Shown: positions 29,733 through 39,415 of the stretch, piece after piece
Numbering within the stretch: the first letter of the stretch is position 1
How the letters are laid out: every line of letters begins with the position of its first letter
Source of the DNA: a virus
Lineage: Duplodnaviria; Caudoviricetes
IMG/VR virus record: IMGVR_UViG_3300036770_007283
Length of the DNA: 64,000 nucleotides
Reading direction: 5' to 3' (one strand)
Made by a program: the position numbers and the translations under genes
Notes under the pieces: generated by a model
What the model saw: only the letters and a program-made list of their open reading frames with translations
Database searches by the model: none
Told to the model about the DNA's origin: nothing

Positions 29733-30268
29733 CCGGCATACCTTTCTTCAATTATTGAAGTTATCTTGTTAAATAGTTTTTTGGCCATAACATCATCTTG
29801 TGGATCAATATCTAATATGTATTGATCTGTATATTTCATTAATTCAGAAATCCATTTTAAATCTTCTTTATGCTCTAACATGGTATTTCTAAATAGATGA
29901 GATATCTGTAATAATGTATAAAAATTATTAATTTCAATATTAAAACTTCTACTATTGGATGATGGTTCCACCCTATTTCTAAGAATAGAAACCGCCTCAC
30001 CAAAAGTAATACCAGTACATAGCATATAAAAATCTATGGAGTTAGAACTGGCACCACACCCAAAGCAATAAAAATTATTTCTAATGCTATCTATATAGAG
30101 GGAGCCAGTTCTTTCCCCACCGCTTTTATGATTTGCAGATGGGCATTTGCATCTTTTATTAAAGTTTCCAGAAGATACATCTTCGGTATCAATTCCAAAC
30201 TCCTGAGCAACATCTAAGATTAGAACGCCAGAAGTAATATCTTCTTTCGATATATATCCACTTTTCAT
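29729..30268 (-). CDS. CHC2 Zn-finger protein (DnaG primase ZBD-like, no catalytic domain)
   Basis: CPSANH...FYCFGCG...FGEAVSIL. Confidence 0.8.
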   Translation of the reverse strand: MKSGYISKEDITSGVLILDVAQEFGIDTEDVSSGNFNKRCKCPSANHKSGGERTGSLYIDSIRNNFYCFGCGASSNSIDFYMLCTGITFGEAVSILRNRVEPSSNSRSFNIEINNFYTLLQISHLFRNTMLEHKEDLKWISELMKYTDQYILDIDPQDDVMAKKLFNKITSIIEERYAG

Positions 30269-30292
30269 ACAATTCCTATTCAGATAGAGTGG

Positions 30293-30481
30293 TTACTTGT
30301 TAAGTTTTAAAATGTCTCTTAGCATCTGCCTTTGAGCACAAACAGCAATATATAATTTTTCATCTTTAATATTGATATTGTTAGTCTCAGCAAAATTTTC
30401 CATATCCCTAATGAAAGTGTTTAAAGACCTCAATCTAAGTAACATTTCTGATTTAAGGTCTTTGATTTCAAAGTCATCCAT
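30293..30481 (-). CDS. hypothetical protein
   Basis: 62-aa ORF coupled to the upstream gene. Confidence 0.5.
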   Translation of the reverse strand: MDDFEIKDLKSEMLLRLRSLNTFIRDMENFAETNNINIKDEKLYIAVCAQRQMLRDILKLNK

Positions 30482-30861
30482 TATTGCTTTTCTTGTCTTC
30501 TAAGTTTCTTTTCAAGCTCCCTTACTTTAACCTCTAAGGTAAGGTTCTTGTCTTTTAAAGCAATGCTTGCGCGCAAGGCCAAGATAATCAACCCAAAGAC
30601 ACCTGCCCCTGGGTCATGTGAATCTAATTCGTCTGCGGCCACCATGAGCCTGTTGAATATAGAGATCGTATTCTTATCATACGCAGAAGTTCTGTTGTCT
30701 GGGTGAGTTTTATCTTCCAGCAAGGCCTTATATTCTTCCACCGCGCGTTCGTATTTTGCGAGCGGGGTTTCTGGTTTGTCGGAATTATGACGGTTTCGAT
30801 AGTTTGCAGATATCTTTGGCTTATCCTGATTACTTCTCTGTTGGTTTTCTTCTTCACTCAT
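30481..30861 (-). CDS. hypothetical protein
   Basis: GAGG SD, 126 aa. Confidence 0.6.
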   Translation of the reverse strand: MSEEENQQRSNQDKPKISANYRNRHNSDKPETPLAKYERAVEEYKALLEDKTHPDNRTSAYDKNTISIFNRLMVAADELDSHDPGAGVFGLIILALRASIALKDKNLTLEVKVRELEKKLRRQEKQ

Positions 30862-31195
30862 AATTAAAGTCCTCTTTTAAAATTAAGGCAATCCAGATGC
30901 CACAATCCTTATGTATTCTAATAAATGATTGGATATTATTCAATATATTTTTATCATATGCGTTGTAATTTCTATAAAGAAGCGAAAGTGTATTCACACA
31001 TTTGTTATAATCATTAATTGGAGAATCAAAAAGTTCGCAAGCAGAATCAAAAAAGTTTAGCAAGGTATTGTATAAGTCTTCGGATATCTGTTCTAAATCT
31101 ATAATAGGATTTTGAACAGATTTACAAATAACAAACTCCCCATGTTTTAGTCCATTACACCCTAAAACAAGGTATGCCTTAAGGCGATTACCCAC
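30854..31195 (-). CDS. hypothetical protein
   Basis: 113-aa ORF with GGAG SD. Confidence 0.6.
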   Translation of the reverse strand: MGNRLKAYLVLGCNGLKHGEFVICKSVQNPIIDLEQISEDLYNTLLNFFDSACELFDSPINDYNKCVNTLSLLYRNYNAYDKNILNNIQSFIRIHKDCGIWIALILKEDFNYE

Positions 31196-31224
31196 AAAAA
31201 CTCCAGCATGGATTTATAAAATTG

Positions 31225-33273
31225 TTATACGTATCTGACTAGGCTTGCTGTCATGGCGGCTACCCAACGAATATTGGTGGCTGCAATACCAGTTACATCC
31301 AGCCTCAAGCTGCCGTTAGTGGTATCTGCGGATACTGCTGCCGTTATACCAACCAATGCAGGGTCAGAATCCACTGTCACAACTGGTGTGCCAACTATAC
31401 TGGTAGTCCCAACTAAGTTGGCCCTCTTTATTATACCAGATATAGTTATTCCGCCCGAATTATATGTAGATGACATGGCGGAAACTTCTATCGTAAATTT
31501 TAAGGTGGTATAGCTTAATAAAGTATATTGTTCAGAAACATTATTTAAAAAGATTTGTGTTGCAGCACCGCTATTTGTTTGGCCAAACCAAGTTGCCACT
31601 ACACGCTGTGCAGTTCCCCCAACAAATCCTGGATATGGGTTAAAACTTCCAGAAGATTGTGCTGATTCGGCAAAGTTTCTTGCCACGCCAGAACTACCAC
31701 CAGCTATGGAACTATAAGTTCCAGAGGCTTCATTAGATTGTCCACCACCCACGAAGGAAATAATCCCAGAAGCTGTATTATCATTACCACCAGCTATTGT
31801 TGCATAGTTTCCAGTTACATTATTTCCCGAACCACCCCCAACTGTAGCTATAATTCCGGAAGCTTGATTATTGCTACCACCAGCTATAGTAGATGCAGAA
31901 CCGGTGGCTGTATGACCAACGCCACCACCAATAAAAGAAGAATCACCATATGCCTTATTTAGTAACCCACCAGATACTACTGCATATTGTACAGTGGCCT
32001 CATTTTGGCTGCCACCAGATATTACCGTGTATTGATCAGATGCTTGGTTGGTATTACCACCACCTATAAAGCTATATGCACCAGAAATCGTATTGCTAAA
32101 TCCACCAGAAATAGTTGAGTAACTTTTTGATATTTCATTATCCCTGCCGCCACCAACAAAAGCGTAATCTGTACCCAACCCACTCCCATCTATTAGGTTG
32201 GATCTTCCGCCCACGATGGTGCTATAATCTGCATAAGCACCAGAAATTTCATTATCTATTCCGCCACCAATAAGGGCTGCGCCATAGTAAGCAGTTGGCG
32301 GCCTAGCTCCAACACCATCTAGGTTTATTTTATTTCCCAAGCCACTATCTTTTCCACCTCCACCAATAAATGAAGATTTGGATGCTGGACCAGATATGTA
32401 ATTCTCTACACCACTTAGAATTCCAGACTTCTCAGAATTATCAATTTCATTTTTATATCCAGAACCAATAAAAGACTTGATGCTTCCAGCTTTCACCTGG
32501 TTAAGTTCGCCGCTAATTATAGAAGAATCATCAGCCGAACTAACGTTATCATGACCACCACCAATATAATTTCTGGAACCAGTGGCTTGATTATTTTCGC
32601 CACCAGAAACTGTACTTGATTCACCAGAAGAAAGATTTTCTTTTCCGCCAGTTACAGAAGACTTATCACCAGAAGAAATATTATCCAATCCTACGCCAAA
32701 GGAATAAAGGCCCCGATTGGAATCGTCCCATTGTGTTGAGTTTGTTTTACCGCCCCTAACGGCACCTTTTACCTTGTCAAAAATAAACCTAGAACTATAT
32801 TTTGGATCAGGATCCTTTTCTAATGAAGGTGCCCCAACAACATAGCTATATTCCAGAAACTCAGGGGCTGGTTTAATAATTTCTTCTGTATAATCTACTG
32901 CAGCAGGAATTTCGCTTCTTATTTGCGAAAGATCTAAATAATAATAAGTATCACCATCTATCACTTCTGACTCTGGGATTGCAGAATCTTGGTCTAAGAA
33001 TGGCTGAACATTTCTGACAGTAATCGCATTATCTGCTATGTTGGAATTTTGAATTTGCCCAGTTACATGACTAACCAAATCAATTTTTTGTGCAGAACCA
33101 TCTTTGTGTAGTCCATCATGCTTATGGCCTGCAACAAGTGGATCTGTTGGTTCATATAGATCACCTTCGGTGCTTCCATATAAACCGCCAAACATAGCGT
33201 TGGCAGATTCGGCGGTAAATACGGTTTGTGACTCAACATACTTAGTTAACTTATTGCGAATTTTTCTGGCCAT
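31225..33273 (-). CDS. tail-fibre/adhesin-like Gly-rich repeat protein
   Basis: about 20 repeats of (I/V)xGGxxNxAxGxxS. Confidence 0.75.
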   Translation of the reverse strand: MARKIRNKLTKYVESQTVFTAESANAMFGGLYGSTEGDLYEPTDPLVAGHKHDGLHKDGSAQKIDLVSHVTGQIQNSNIADNAITVRNVQPFLDQDSAIPESEVIDGDTYYYLDLSQIRSEIPAAVDYTEEIIKPAPEFLEYSYVVGAPSLEKDPDPKYSSRFIFDKVKGAVRGGKTNSTQWDDSNRGLYSFGVGLDNISSGDKSSVTGGKENLSSGESSTVSGGENNQATGSRNYIGGGHDNVSSADDSSIISGELNQVKAGSIKSFIGSGYKNEIDNSEKSGILSGVENYISGPASKSSFIGGGGKDSGLGNKINLDGVGARPPTAYYGAALIGGGIDNEISGAYADYSTIVGGRSNLIDGSGLGTDYAFVGGGRDNEISKSYSTISGGFSNTISGAYSFIGGGNTNQASDQYTVISGGSQNEATVQYAVVSGGLLNKAYGDSSFIGGGVGHTATGSASTIAGGSNNQASGIIATVGGGSGNNVTGNYATIAGGNDNTASGIISFVGGGQSNEASGTYSSIAGGSSGVARNFAESAQSSGSFNPYPGFVGGTAQRVVATWFGQTNSGAATQIFLNNVSEQYTLLSYTTLKFTIEVSAMSSTYNSGGITISGIIKRANLVGTTSIVGTPVVTVDSDPALVGITAAVSADTTNGSLRLDVTGIAATNIRWVAAMTASLVRYV

Positions 33274-33286
33274 AGAATACTCCTAA

Positions 33287-33583
33287 TCAATCTTCATTAG
33301 AAGACAAATCTTTTAATAGTTTTTTAACTACATTACTAGTTTTAAACCTTAAAGATTTATATGATTTTAAAATCATTTCTTCCTGTGTCTTAGGATTTCT
33401 AACTGGACGTGGTTCATGCTCATAAAGATAAAATCTTCCGAATCCTACAATAGAGATTTCTTGCCCTGCTTTAAGTTCGTCTACCATAAGCTTAAACAAT
33501 TCTTCTAAAATAACATCTGCTTCTTTTTGATTAAGAAATGTTCTTTTTGCTAACTTTTTAGACAAAGTTTTTTTATTGATCAT
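33287..33583 (-). CDS. HU/IHF-family DNA-binding protein
   Basis: ISIVGFGRF...RNPKTQEEM...FKTS. Confidence 0.9.
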   Translation of the reverse strand: MINKKTLSKKLAKRTFLNQKEADVILEELFKLMVDELKAGQEISIVGFGRFYLYEHEPRPVRNPKTQEEMILKSYKSLRFKTSNVVKKLLKDLSSNED

Positions 33584-34017
33584 TCTTTTCCCTTTTGATA
33601 AAGGTAAATTTTAGAAACATGTTCTAAAAACTTCTCCTTATCATTCTTATGTTTTAAAAAATTACAACTAGTGCAACAAGGAACTAGATTGCTTTTAAAG
33701 TAGCCTAGAACATTATCTACCCTATCTAAGCTAATTCTATATAACTTGTCACCGCAGTAATGACAGATAGAATCTTTAAAAGAAAAAAATTCTTTCTTGG
33801 TTAATTTAAATTCAATATTTCTTTTGGCGGCACTTCTTTTGCATTCTCTGTATAATCTATCAGGATTAGACTTCCAAGAATCATCCCAATTTTTTCTTTT
33901 ATTATTTCTACAAAGACTACAAATTCTGTGCCGCCCTCTAGAGCCGTTCTTATGAAAATTCTGTATAGCTTTTGTTTGAGAACAAGAATTGCATTTTCTT
34001 TCGACTTCTTCATTCAT
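33580..34017 (-). CDS. HNH endonuclease with N-terminal Zn finger
   Basis: CHYCG...LDRVDNVLGY...NLVPCCTSCN; start moved to MNEEV (GGAG SD). Confidence 0.8.
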   Translation of the reverse strand: MNEEVERKCNSCSQTKAIQNFHKNGSRGRHRICSLCRNNKRKNWDDSWKSNPDRLYRECKRSAAKRNIEFKLTKKEFFSFKDSICHYCGDKLYRISLDRVDNVLGYFKSNLVPCCTSCNFLKHKNDKEKFLEHVSKIYLYQKGKE

Positions 34018-34051
34018 TATTACTCCGTACACGCGCGTGTGCGTGTGCAGT

Positions 34052-34264
34052 CTAACCAACTATATCATCAGAAAACTTTCCCCTATATTTTTCAGATTCT
34101 TTAAGATCATCATCTATATTTTTACCAGAAGAAATATAGGCTTTGCCAAGTCTTTCAAACTCATCATCTTCCATGCTAGAAGTATCTATGCCATAATTTT
34201 CATAAAGCCTTTCTAATTTCTTAGAAAATTCGCTTCTTTCTTTTTCTGGCTTAGTATTCTTCAT
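34052..34264 (-). CDS. hypothetical protein
   Basis: 70-aa coupled ORF. Confidence 0.55.
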   Translation of the reverse strand: MKNTKPEKERSEFSKKLERLYENYGIDTSSMEDDEFERLGKAYISSGKNIDDDLKESEKYRGKFSDDIVG

Positions 34265-34524
34265 TATTCTAATGGTTTGTTCATTACATTTATTAGTACC
34301 CTAACACCATTCTTGGCACCAGAGGCTTTTGAGATAGTACGAAGGGCACTTGCTACACGGCCACCCTTTCCGATTAACTTGCCTACATCATCTTTTGCAA
34401 CTGTAATCTCATAAAGAACACCCTTCTCGGATTGCTCTTCCGTAATCTTAACATTTTGCACATCATCAACAATGGATTTCACCATTGTTTCAACTAACAC
34501 CTTGATCTCTTTCATCTTTCCCAT
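34264..34524 (-). CDS. khpA: KhpA-like KH-domain RNA-binding protein
   Basis: LVETMVKSIVD...DDVGKLIGKGGRVASALRTI (GxxG loop). Confidence 0.85.
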   Translation of the reverse strand: MGKMKEIKVLVETMVKSIVDDVQNVKITEEQSEKGVLYEITVAKDDVGKLIGKGGRVASALRTISKASGAKNGVRVLINVMNKPLE

Positions 34525-35026
34525 CCTTAATTTTAATAGTTAAAAAATCTACTTTTACTTTTTCTGGAATCATAATATGAAGCAATCCATGCCGCATGGT
34601 TGCAGAAGATTTAAAGATATCAAATTCTTCACTAATAAAGAGCCTGACACAAAACTTTCTTCTGGCGATTCCACGCGAAATGGTGCCAATATGAATTCTA
34701 GGCCGGCTCTCTTTAGAATACTCCTGAAAAGAATCATCAGGCTCTACGTTTGGGGTGCTGGATTGTGAGATACTATCCAAACCATTACCCTTTACAATTA
34801 AAACACTGTTTTCAACTTCTACCGAAATATCTTCGGGGGCATAACCTGCAAGAGCAAAAGAAATGTTAAATCCATTTTGATCCCGCCACTCATCTGTCTT
34901 GGGAAAGTTAGTAATGGATCCTTTGTTGAGTTTTACAACTTCATTAAAGTAATTATCATTACTAAATAACATTTCAACAACCTTTGCAGGCAAGGAATAC
35001 CTTTTTTTATCCATCGGTGTCTTCAT
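34490..35026 (-). CDS. small heat-shock protein (Hsp20/IbpA-like)
   Basis: FALAGYAPEDISVEVENSVLIVKG...RGIARRKF...ATMRHGLLHI. Confidence 0.88.
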   Translation of the reverse strand: MKTPMDKKRYSLPAKVVEMLFSNDNYFNEVVKLNKGSITNFPKTDEWRDQNGFNISFALAGYAPEDISVEVENSVLIVKGNGLDSISQSSTPNVEPDDSFQEYSKESRPRIHIGTISRGIARRKFCVRLFISEEFDIFKSSATMRHGLLHIMIPEKVKVDFLTIKIKDGKDERDQGVS

Positions 35027-35354
35027 CCTCTTCTGTCTTCATATTTGATTCAGTTTTCTCTAACTCTTTTGCTTTTAGAGCAATAATCATGTCAAGATAG
35101 TCAATAATATAACCAAGCTTATAAGCTAAAAGACTAATAGTGGCACCCGCAACAACTGGGTGAATTCCAAAAATAAAACTTAAAATTAACCCAACCCAAA
35201 AGCCAGAACACATCATGCAAGATATTAATTTCCCAAAAAATCCTGATTTCGCAGTAATGAAATTTCTGATTTTGTCAAAAATTGATGCATTGACCACTAA
35301 ATTCGTTATACCAACACCAGACAATAGAAACAATAAAAAATTGATAATTGTCAT
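35007..35354 (-). CDS. small membrane protein (DUF1360-like)
   Basis: hydrophobic helices and CMMCSGFWVG. Confidence 0.55.
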   Translation of the reverse strand: MTIINFLLFLLSGVGITNLVVNASIFDKIRNFITAKSGFFGKLISCMMCSGFWVGLILSFIFGIHPVVAGATISLLAYKLGYIIDYLDMIIALKAKELEKTESNMKTEEDEDTDG

Positions 35355-35360
35355 AACGAT

Positions 35361-35939
35361 TTACCTCTTTCCATTGAAAAAACTGATTTGACCAAGGTTA
35401 TCAGCATCAATATATTCTACACAGTCTTCGCCCATAAACTTAATTCTATATCTAGCCATCTTATCAGGATCCTCATCGCTAGGCTTTTCTACAAACTGTC
35501 CGTTAATAGAAGGGCTGATTTTAATGTAACCGCCATGACCACCGTTGTGAGTATTTAACTTAATCCACAGATCCTTCTGATCGTATTCTATATCAGAAAC
35601 CAATTTTAAGACACCCTTACCTGGTGCAATCCTTTTTTCTAAATCCAGTACGTCTGGCTTGTAAGTAATAAAACCAGTTACAACTACACCTACATAGGAT
35701 GCAAACAAATCTTTAAGTGGCTCCAGCATAAACTGCTGAGGTTCTTCTGGCGGAACAACAATCATAACCTCATTAACTGTCGCTACCTTTTCTGGTGGCG
35801 GTGTCATTTCATTTGTAGCCACAGTTTCTTTTGATTCCAAATCCGATAATTCTTCGGATAGAATCTCTTTAATCTCTAAGATATTCTTCCAAAGTTCTTT
35901 GCATTTGTTGACTAATCCAGATGTGTTCAGTTTGCGCAT
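35361..35939 (-). CDS. hypothetical protein
   Basis: 192-aa ORF. Confidence 0.55.
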   Translation of the reverse strand: MRKLNTSGLVNKCKELWKNILEIKEILSEELSDLESKETVATNEMTPPPEKVATVNEVMIVVPPEEPQQFMLEPLKDLFASYVGVVVTGFITYKPDVLDLEKRIAPGKGVLKLVSDIEYDQKDLWIKLNTHNGGHGGYIKISPSINGQFVEKPSDEDPDKMARYRIKFMGEDCVEYIDADNLGQISFFNGKR

Positions 35940-36819
35940 GTCGTGAATTCCTTAATGGTAAATAGTTATTGTAGAAATCATCAAGATAGAATGTTACATA
36001 CATCTCTGTCATTCTACCCTCTGGTAATACAAATCTAGCAAATTCCCTAAACCTTTTATACTCATCGTTAGAAATTAATCCTTCGTCTTTTGCTTTCTTT
36101 GCAGATGCCATAGCACCTTCGTACTTTTCAATTATAATGTTAGTAGAGTCTAAATACTCACCCAAGTCCATTCCGATTTTTCTGGCAATTTGGGTGCAAT
36201 CATCCACAGGCGGAATAACCTCTTGATGAATTGTTTTATACCTTCCAGATACGGCATTGAAGCTGCCTTTTCTGTGGCGCAGGGCTTGAGTGGCGATTGA
36301 AAGCGGCATTTTCAGACGCCACGTTGCTCGACTTAATGAACGTTCAGATTCAGGATGCACACTCACCAATTCAACCGACATACCATGATTACCCAAAATA
36401 TGATCTACAGAAGGTGGGTAATCTTCTTCAAAATAAGTCATATTGGAACACAAGGCGGATAGCTCTGGCCTTGCTTGGCAAAATAACTTCCACGGCTCAC
36501 GCGCATACAAATTTTGTGTACGTGTGATCTTAACAAAGTTTAAAAGATCCAGAGTACATTTAGCACCACTAACCCTAGACCACTTATTCTCAAAATAGAG
36601 AACCCCACCAGTATCAATAATCTCTCTAGAATCTTCGTCATCATATTCTAGAGTAAGAGTTACTGATTCTAGTGGAGAGGTGTGGTGATTATCTATCAGA
36701 AACTTAACCACTCGCAACGCGTCTTGATCTGATCTGCTGGCCGCTTTTACTTCTGACATGGTAGAAATCCATGCAGAATTAGCTACGTCACGATAATCAC
36801 CCGTAATCTTAAGCTTCAT
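35869..36819 (-). CDS. thyX: flavin-dependent thymidylate synthase
   Basis: HHTSPLE; RHRKGSFNAVSGRY (ThyX motif); ARFVLP. Confidence 0.88.
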   Translation of the reverse strand: MKLKITGDYRDVANSAWISTMSEVKAASRSDQDALRVVKFLIDNHHTSPLESVTLTLEYDDEDSREIIDTGGVLYFENKWSRVSGAKCTLDLLNFVKITRTQNLYAREPWKLFCQARPELSALCSNMTYFEEDYPPSVDHILGNHGMSVELVSVHPESERSLSRATWRLKMPLSIATQALRHRKGSFNAVSGRYKTIHQEVIPPVDDCTQIARKIGMDLGEYLDSTNIIIEKYEGAMASAKKAKDEGLISNDEYKRFREFARFVLPEGRMTEMYVTFYLDDFYNNYLPLRNSRHAQTEHIWISQQMQRTLEEYLRD

Positions 36820-38014
36820 TTTTAACTTCCTCGCGACAGATCAAAGTTAGCTTTTGTTCTGGATTAAAATTGCGTCGGGCTGCAAGCAAAATATCTGCCA
36901 CAGTTACATCCGCAATCTTTTTCTCTAATTCTTCTAAACTTTCTTGACCATAAAATGCTCTGACAGAAGAATCCATAGCAAGTGAACGACTACTTTCTGT
37001 CAAGCTGTAAATATGTGTTCTATACTTGTTTTTTGCTCGCTGCAATTCTTCTTCGGTCACTTCTTCTGACTTAATTCTCTCAATCTCCTTATCAATTAGC
37101 AATAACATCTCTTCCACATTTTCATCACGAGTAGATGTAACAATAGATGTAAAACCATAATCACGATAAGCACTAGCACCGGCATTAATGCTATAGCATA
37201 AACCACGCTTTTCTCGAACCTCTGTAAATAACCTAGAATCCATGCCTTCACCCAAGATGGAGAATAGCACGTCATCTACAACAGTATGCGGTGACTTAAT
37301 AGACTCACCTGGAAATACTGTCCATACATAAGTATGCTCTAATTCTGGGCGAGTAACTTCTACACGTCGTGTTCCCTTCCACTCTGGATTGTAAGAATCT
37401 TCAAGGTGACGCATCTTTCCATTTGCACTTCCAAAGTACTTACGCAACATCTTCTTTGCTTCACGCTTGGAGAAATTGCCACTAAAAGAAACTAGGGCGT
37501 CCTTTCGCTTATAGAACTTCTTATAAAATCTTACAAGTTCCTTATGGGTAAATCCAGAAATAGACTCCTGTGTACCAATAATAGGCACCCCATAACGTCC
37601 CTGCCACATATCCTTACATAAGGCGTCCCACATAAAACTTTGAATATCATCCTTTGATGACATTTCTTCTTCCTTCACTACCTCTCGTTCCTTCTTAAAT
37701 TCATCTTCTGGAAGTACAGAATTAAAAACAATATCAGAGAGAATTTCCATAGCCTTCTCTGTGTTTTCATAAGGAACGGAAATGTAAAAAGTTACCTTTT
37801 CCATAGAAGTAAAGGCGTTAAAATATCCGCCAAGAAAACCTACTTCCTTTGGGATATCCAAATACGTGCGTGTGGGTGTACCCTTAAAAATCATATGTTC
37901 CAACATATGTGCTAGACCGGGTGAGAATTTTTCACCCTCTGCTCGGGCACCTGCATCAAAGGTTACTGTTACGGTTGAAATACGGCTCTGAACCTTGTCA
38001 AAAATTTGAATCAA
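36809..38014 (-). CDS. M16 (insulinase/pitrilysin) zinc peptidase
   Basis: HMLEHMIFKG inverted zincin motif, NAFTS, SRLFTEVREKRGLCY. Confidence 0.92.
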   Translation of the reverse strand: MIQIFDKVQSRISTVTVTFDAGARAEGEKFSPGLAHMLEHMIFKGTPTRTYLDIPKEVGFLGGYFNAFTSMEKVTFYISVPYENTEKAMEILSDIVFNSVLPEDEFKKEREVVKEEEMSSKDDIQSFMWDALCKDMWQGRYGVPIIGTQESISGFTHKELVRFYKKFYKRKDALVSFSGNFSKREAKKMLRKYFGSANGKMRHLEDSYNPEWKGTRRVEVTRPELEHTYVWTVFPGESIKSPHTVVDDVLFSILGEGMDSRLFTEVREKRGLCYSINAGASAYRDYGFTSIVTSTRDENVEEMLLLIDKEIERIKSEEVTEEELQRAKNKYRTHIYSLTESSRSLAMDSSVRAFYGQESLEELEKKIADVTVADILLAARRNFNPEQKLTLICREEVKNEA

Positions 38015-38067
38015 CTTTCCTCCAATTTAATCTATTGATAATCATACTATAATTTTGAATGAAAAAC

Positions 38068-38107
38068 AAAAAAGCCTACCCACCGATTTTTCAGCAGGTA
38101 GGCTTTT
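38068..38107 (-). terminator. intrinsic terminator
   Basis: AAAAGCCTACC/GGTAGGCTTTT stem plus T-run. Confidence 0.75.
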
Positions 38108-38117
38108 GAAGCTAAAA

Positions 38118-39356
38118 CTACTTATCCTTGATTTCTACCACCACACGCTTACCAAATGGCGGATTTACACTTGCACCTGCTGGACTCAAGGCCCATAGAA
38201 CACGATTACTGGGACGATAATCAAACGGTGCGCAACCATCAGTAAAGATAACTACACCATCATACTTATGTTCATCAGAGTATTGAAGTAGCGGTGTGAA
38301 GTTTGTACCACCACGACCCACAATCTCCATAGTCTTAATCTTCTTCTTGATTTCTACTGGCTCACCCAGAAGTGCGGTATCAAACATAACAACATCACAG
38401 TGAACTTTTTCAGCGACCATTCCGTTAATCTCGGACAAGAAAATCTCGATTTCTTGGTCTGTAATTGATCCCGATGTATCAATTCCTACAAGTAACTTCT
38501 GTGTATAATTTCGACGTTGCCCTGGCTGAATATACACATTTCGTAGTTCATCTGTACGATTAGAACGAATAGCCTGTTCACGACGATTAATGCGCGTGCG
38601 TGTGGTCCTGTGTCCTGCAAGAATCAACTTGTTGATAAACCAACGTAGTTCTCGCTTCCAATTAACCACAGGCTTGTTTGCTTCAATAATTGCCTTAGCC
38701 AGACCAGAACCAATATCTGACCAACCCTTCTCTTCCTGAGCCTTGATACACTTGTCAGCAATACTCCGAATCTTTTCCTTGACTACATCACTTTCACACT
38801 CACCCCAACGACCGTGACTATCTACAAGCTCACCCTTGCCTTCAGTATATCCATTCACATCCTGCTGATTCTTCTCAGCTTCCTTCTTCAGATTTTCATA
38901 GTACCATTCAGCCGCTTCGAACTCTGGCATCTGAAAAGTGCTAGGATAAAAACATCCAGCCGGAAGATTTGAAACGTGACAATTGATTGCCATATCTGCA
39001 GCAATATTGTATCCACGCTTGTTGTAATCAAAATGATCAGAACGAGTGATGTGATGAAGAAGAACGTGCAAAGCCTCGTGCTGAAGAACTGCACGCAACT
39101 CACCACTAGTAAGTGTCATAATCCACTCAGGGTTGTAGTAAAGGCCAAGATCAACCTGCTTCAAAATACCTACACCCATCGTCGGAAGATCCCGAACCTG
39201 TCGCTTATTAAGGAACATAAAGACAGTTCCGAAAATAGGCTTGAAAACAATCAACTTTGAGATTGCCGAATCAAGACGATCTTGAGCTTCTTTGTTATGC
39301 CCCAAAATCGCTGGCTGCTCCACCTTCGGTGCTTCCTTGTTTTCTTGAATGGACAT
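38118..39356 (-). CDS. DUF2201-type metallopeptidase + VWA-like protein
   Basis: HEALH, NIAADMAIN, IDTSGS MIDAS, FTDG. Confidence 0.88.
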   Translation of the reverse strand: MSIQENKEAPKVEQPAILGHNKEAQDRLDSAISKLIVFKPIFGTVFMFLNKRQVRDLPTMGVGILKQVDLGLYYNPEWIMTLTSGELRAVLQHEALHVLLHHITRSDHFDYNKRGYNIAADMAINCHVSNLPAGCFYPSTFQMPEFEAAEWYYENLKKEAEKNQQDVNGYTEGKGELVDSHGRWGECESDVVKEKIRSIADKCIKAQEEKGWSDIGSGLAKAIIEANKPVVNWKRELRWFINKLILAGHRTTRTRINRREQAIRSNRTDELRNVYIQPGQRRNYTQKLLVGIDTSGSITDQEIEIFLSEINGMVAEKVHCDVVMFDTALLGEPVEIKKKIKTMEIVGRGGTNFTPLLQYSDEHKYDGVVIFTDGCAPFDYRPSNRVLWALSPAGASVNPPFGKRVVVEIKDK

Positions 39357-39385
39357 TCTTACTCCTAATATTTTAAGGTAAATAA

Positions 39386-39412
39386 AATGGGGCCGGTATA
39401 TCCAGCCCCATT
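39386..39412 (-). terminator. hairpin/terminator
   Basis: AATGGGGC/GCCCCATT stem followed by a T-rich run. Confidence 0.6.
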
Positions 39413-39415
39413 AGA

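Noticed and set aside
31600-32700. Tandem DNA repeat or diversity-generating element in the Gly-rich gene
   Set aside because: Repeats are at protein level only and degenerate in DNA; no reverse transcriptase or TR/VR pair seen.
33580-34059. N-terminal extension MVRLHTHTRVYGVI of the HNH ORF
   Set aside because: It runs through the GC-rich motif; a GGAG SD supports the start at 34017.
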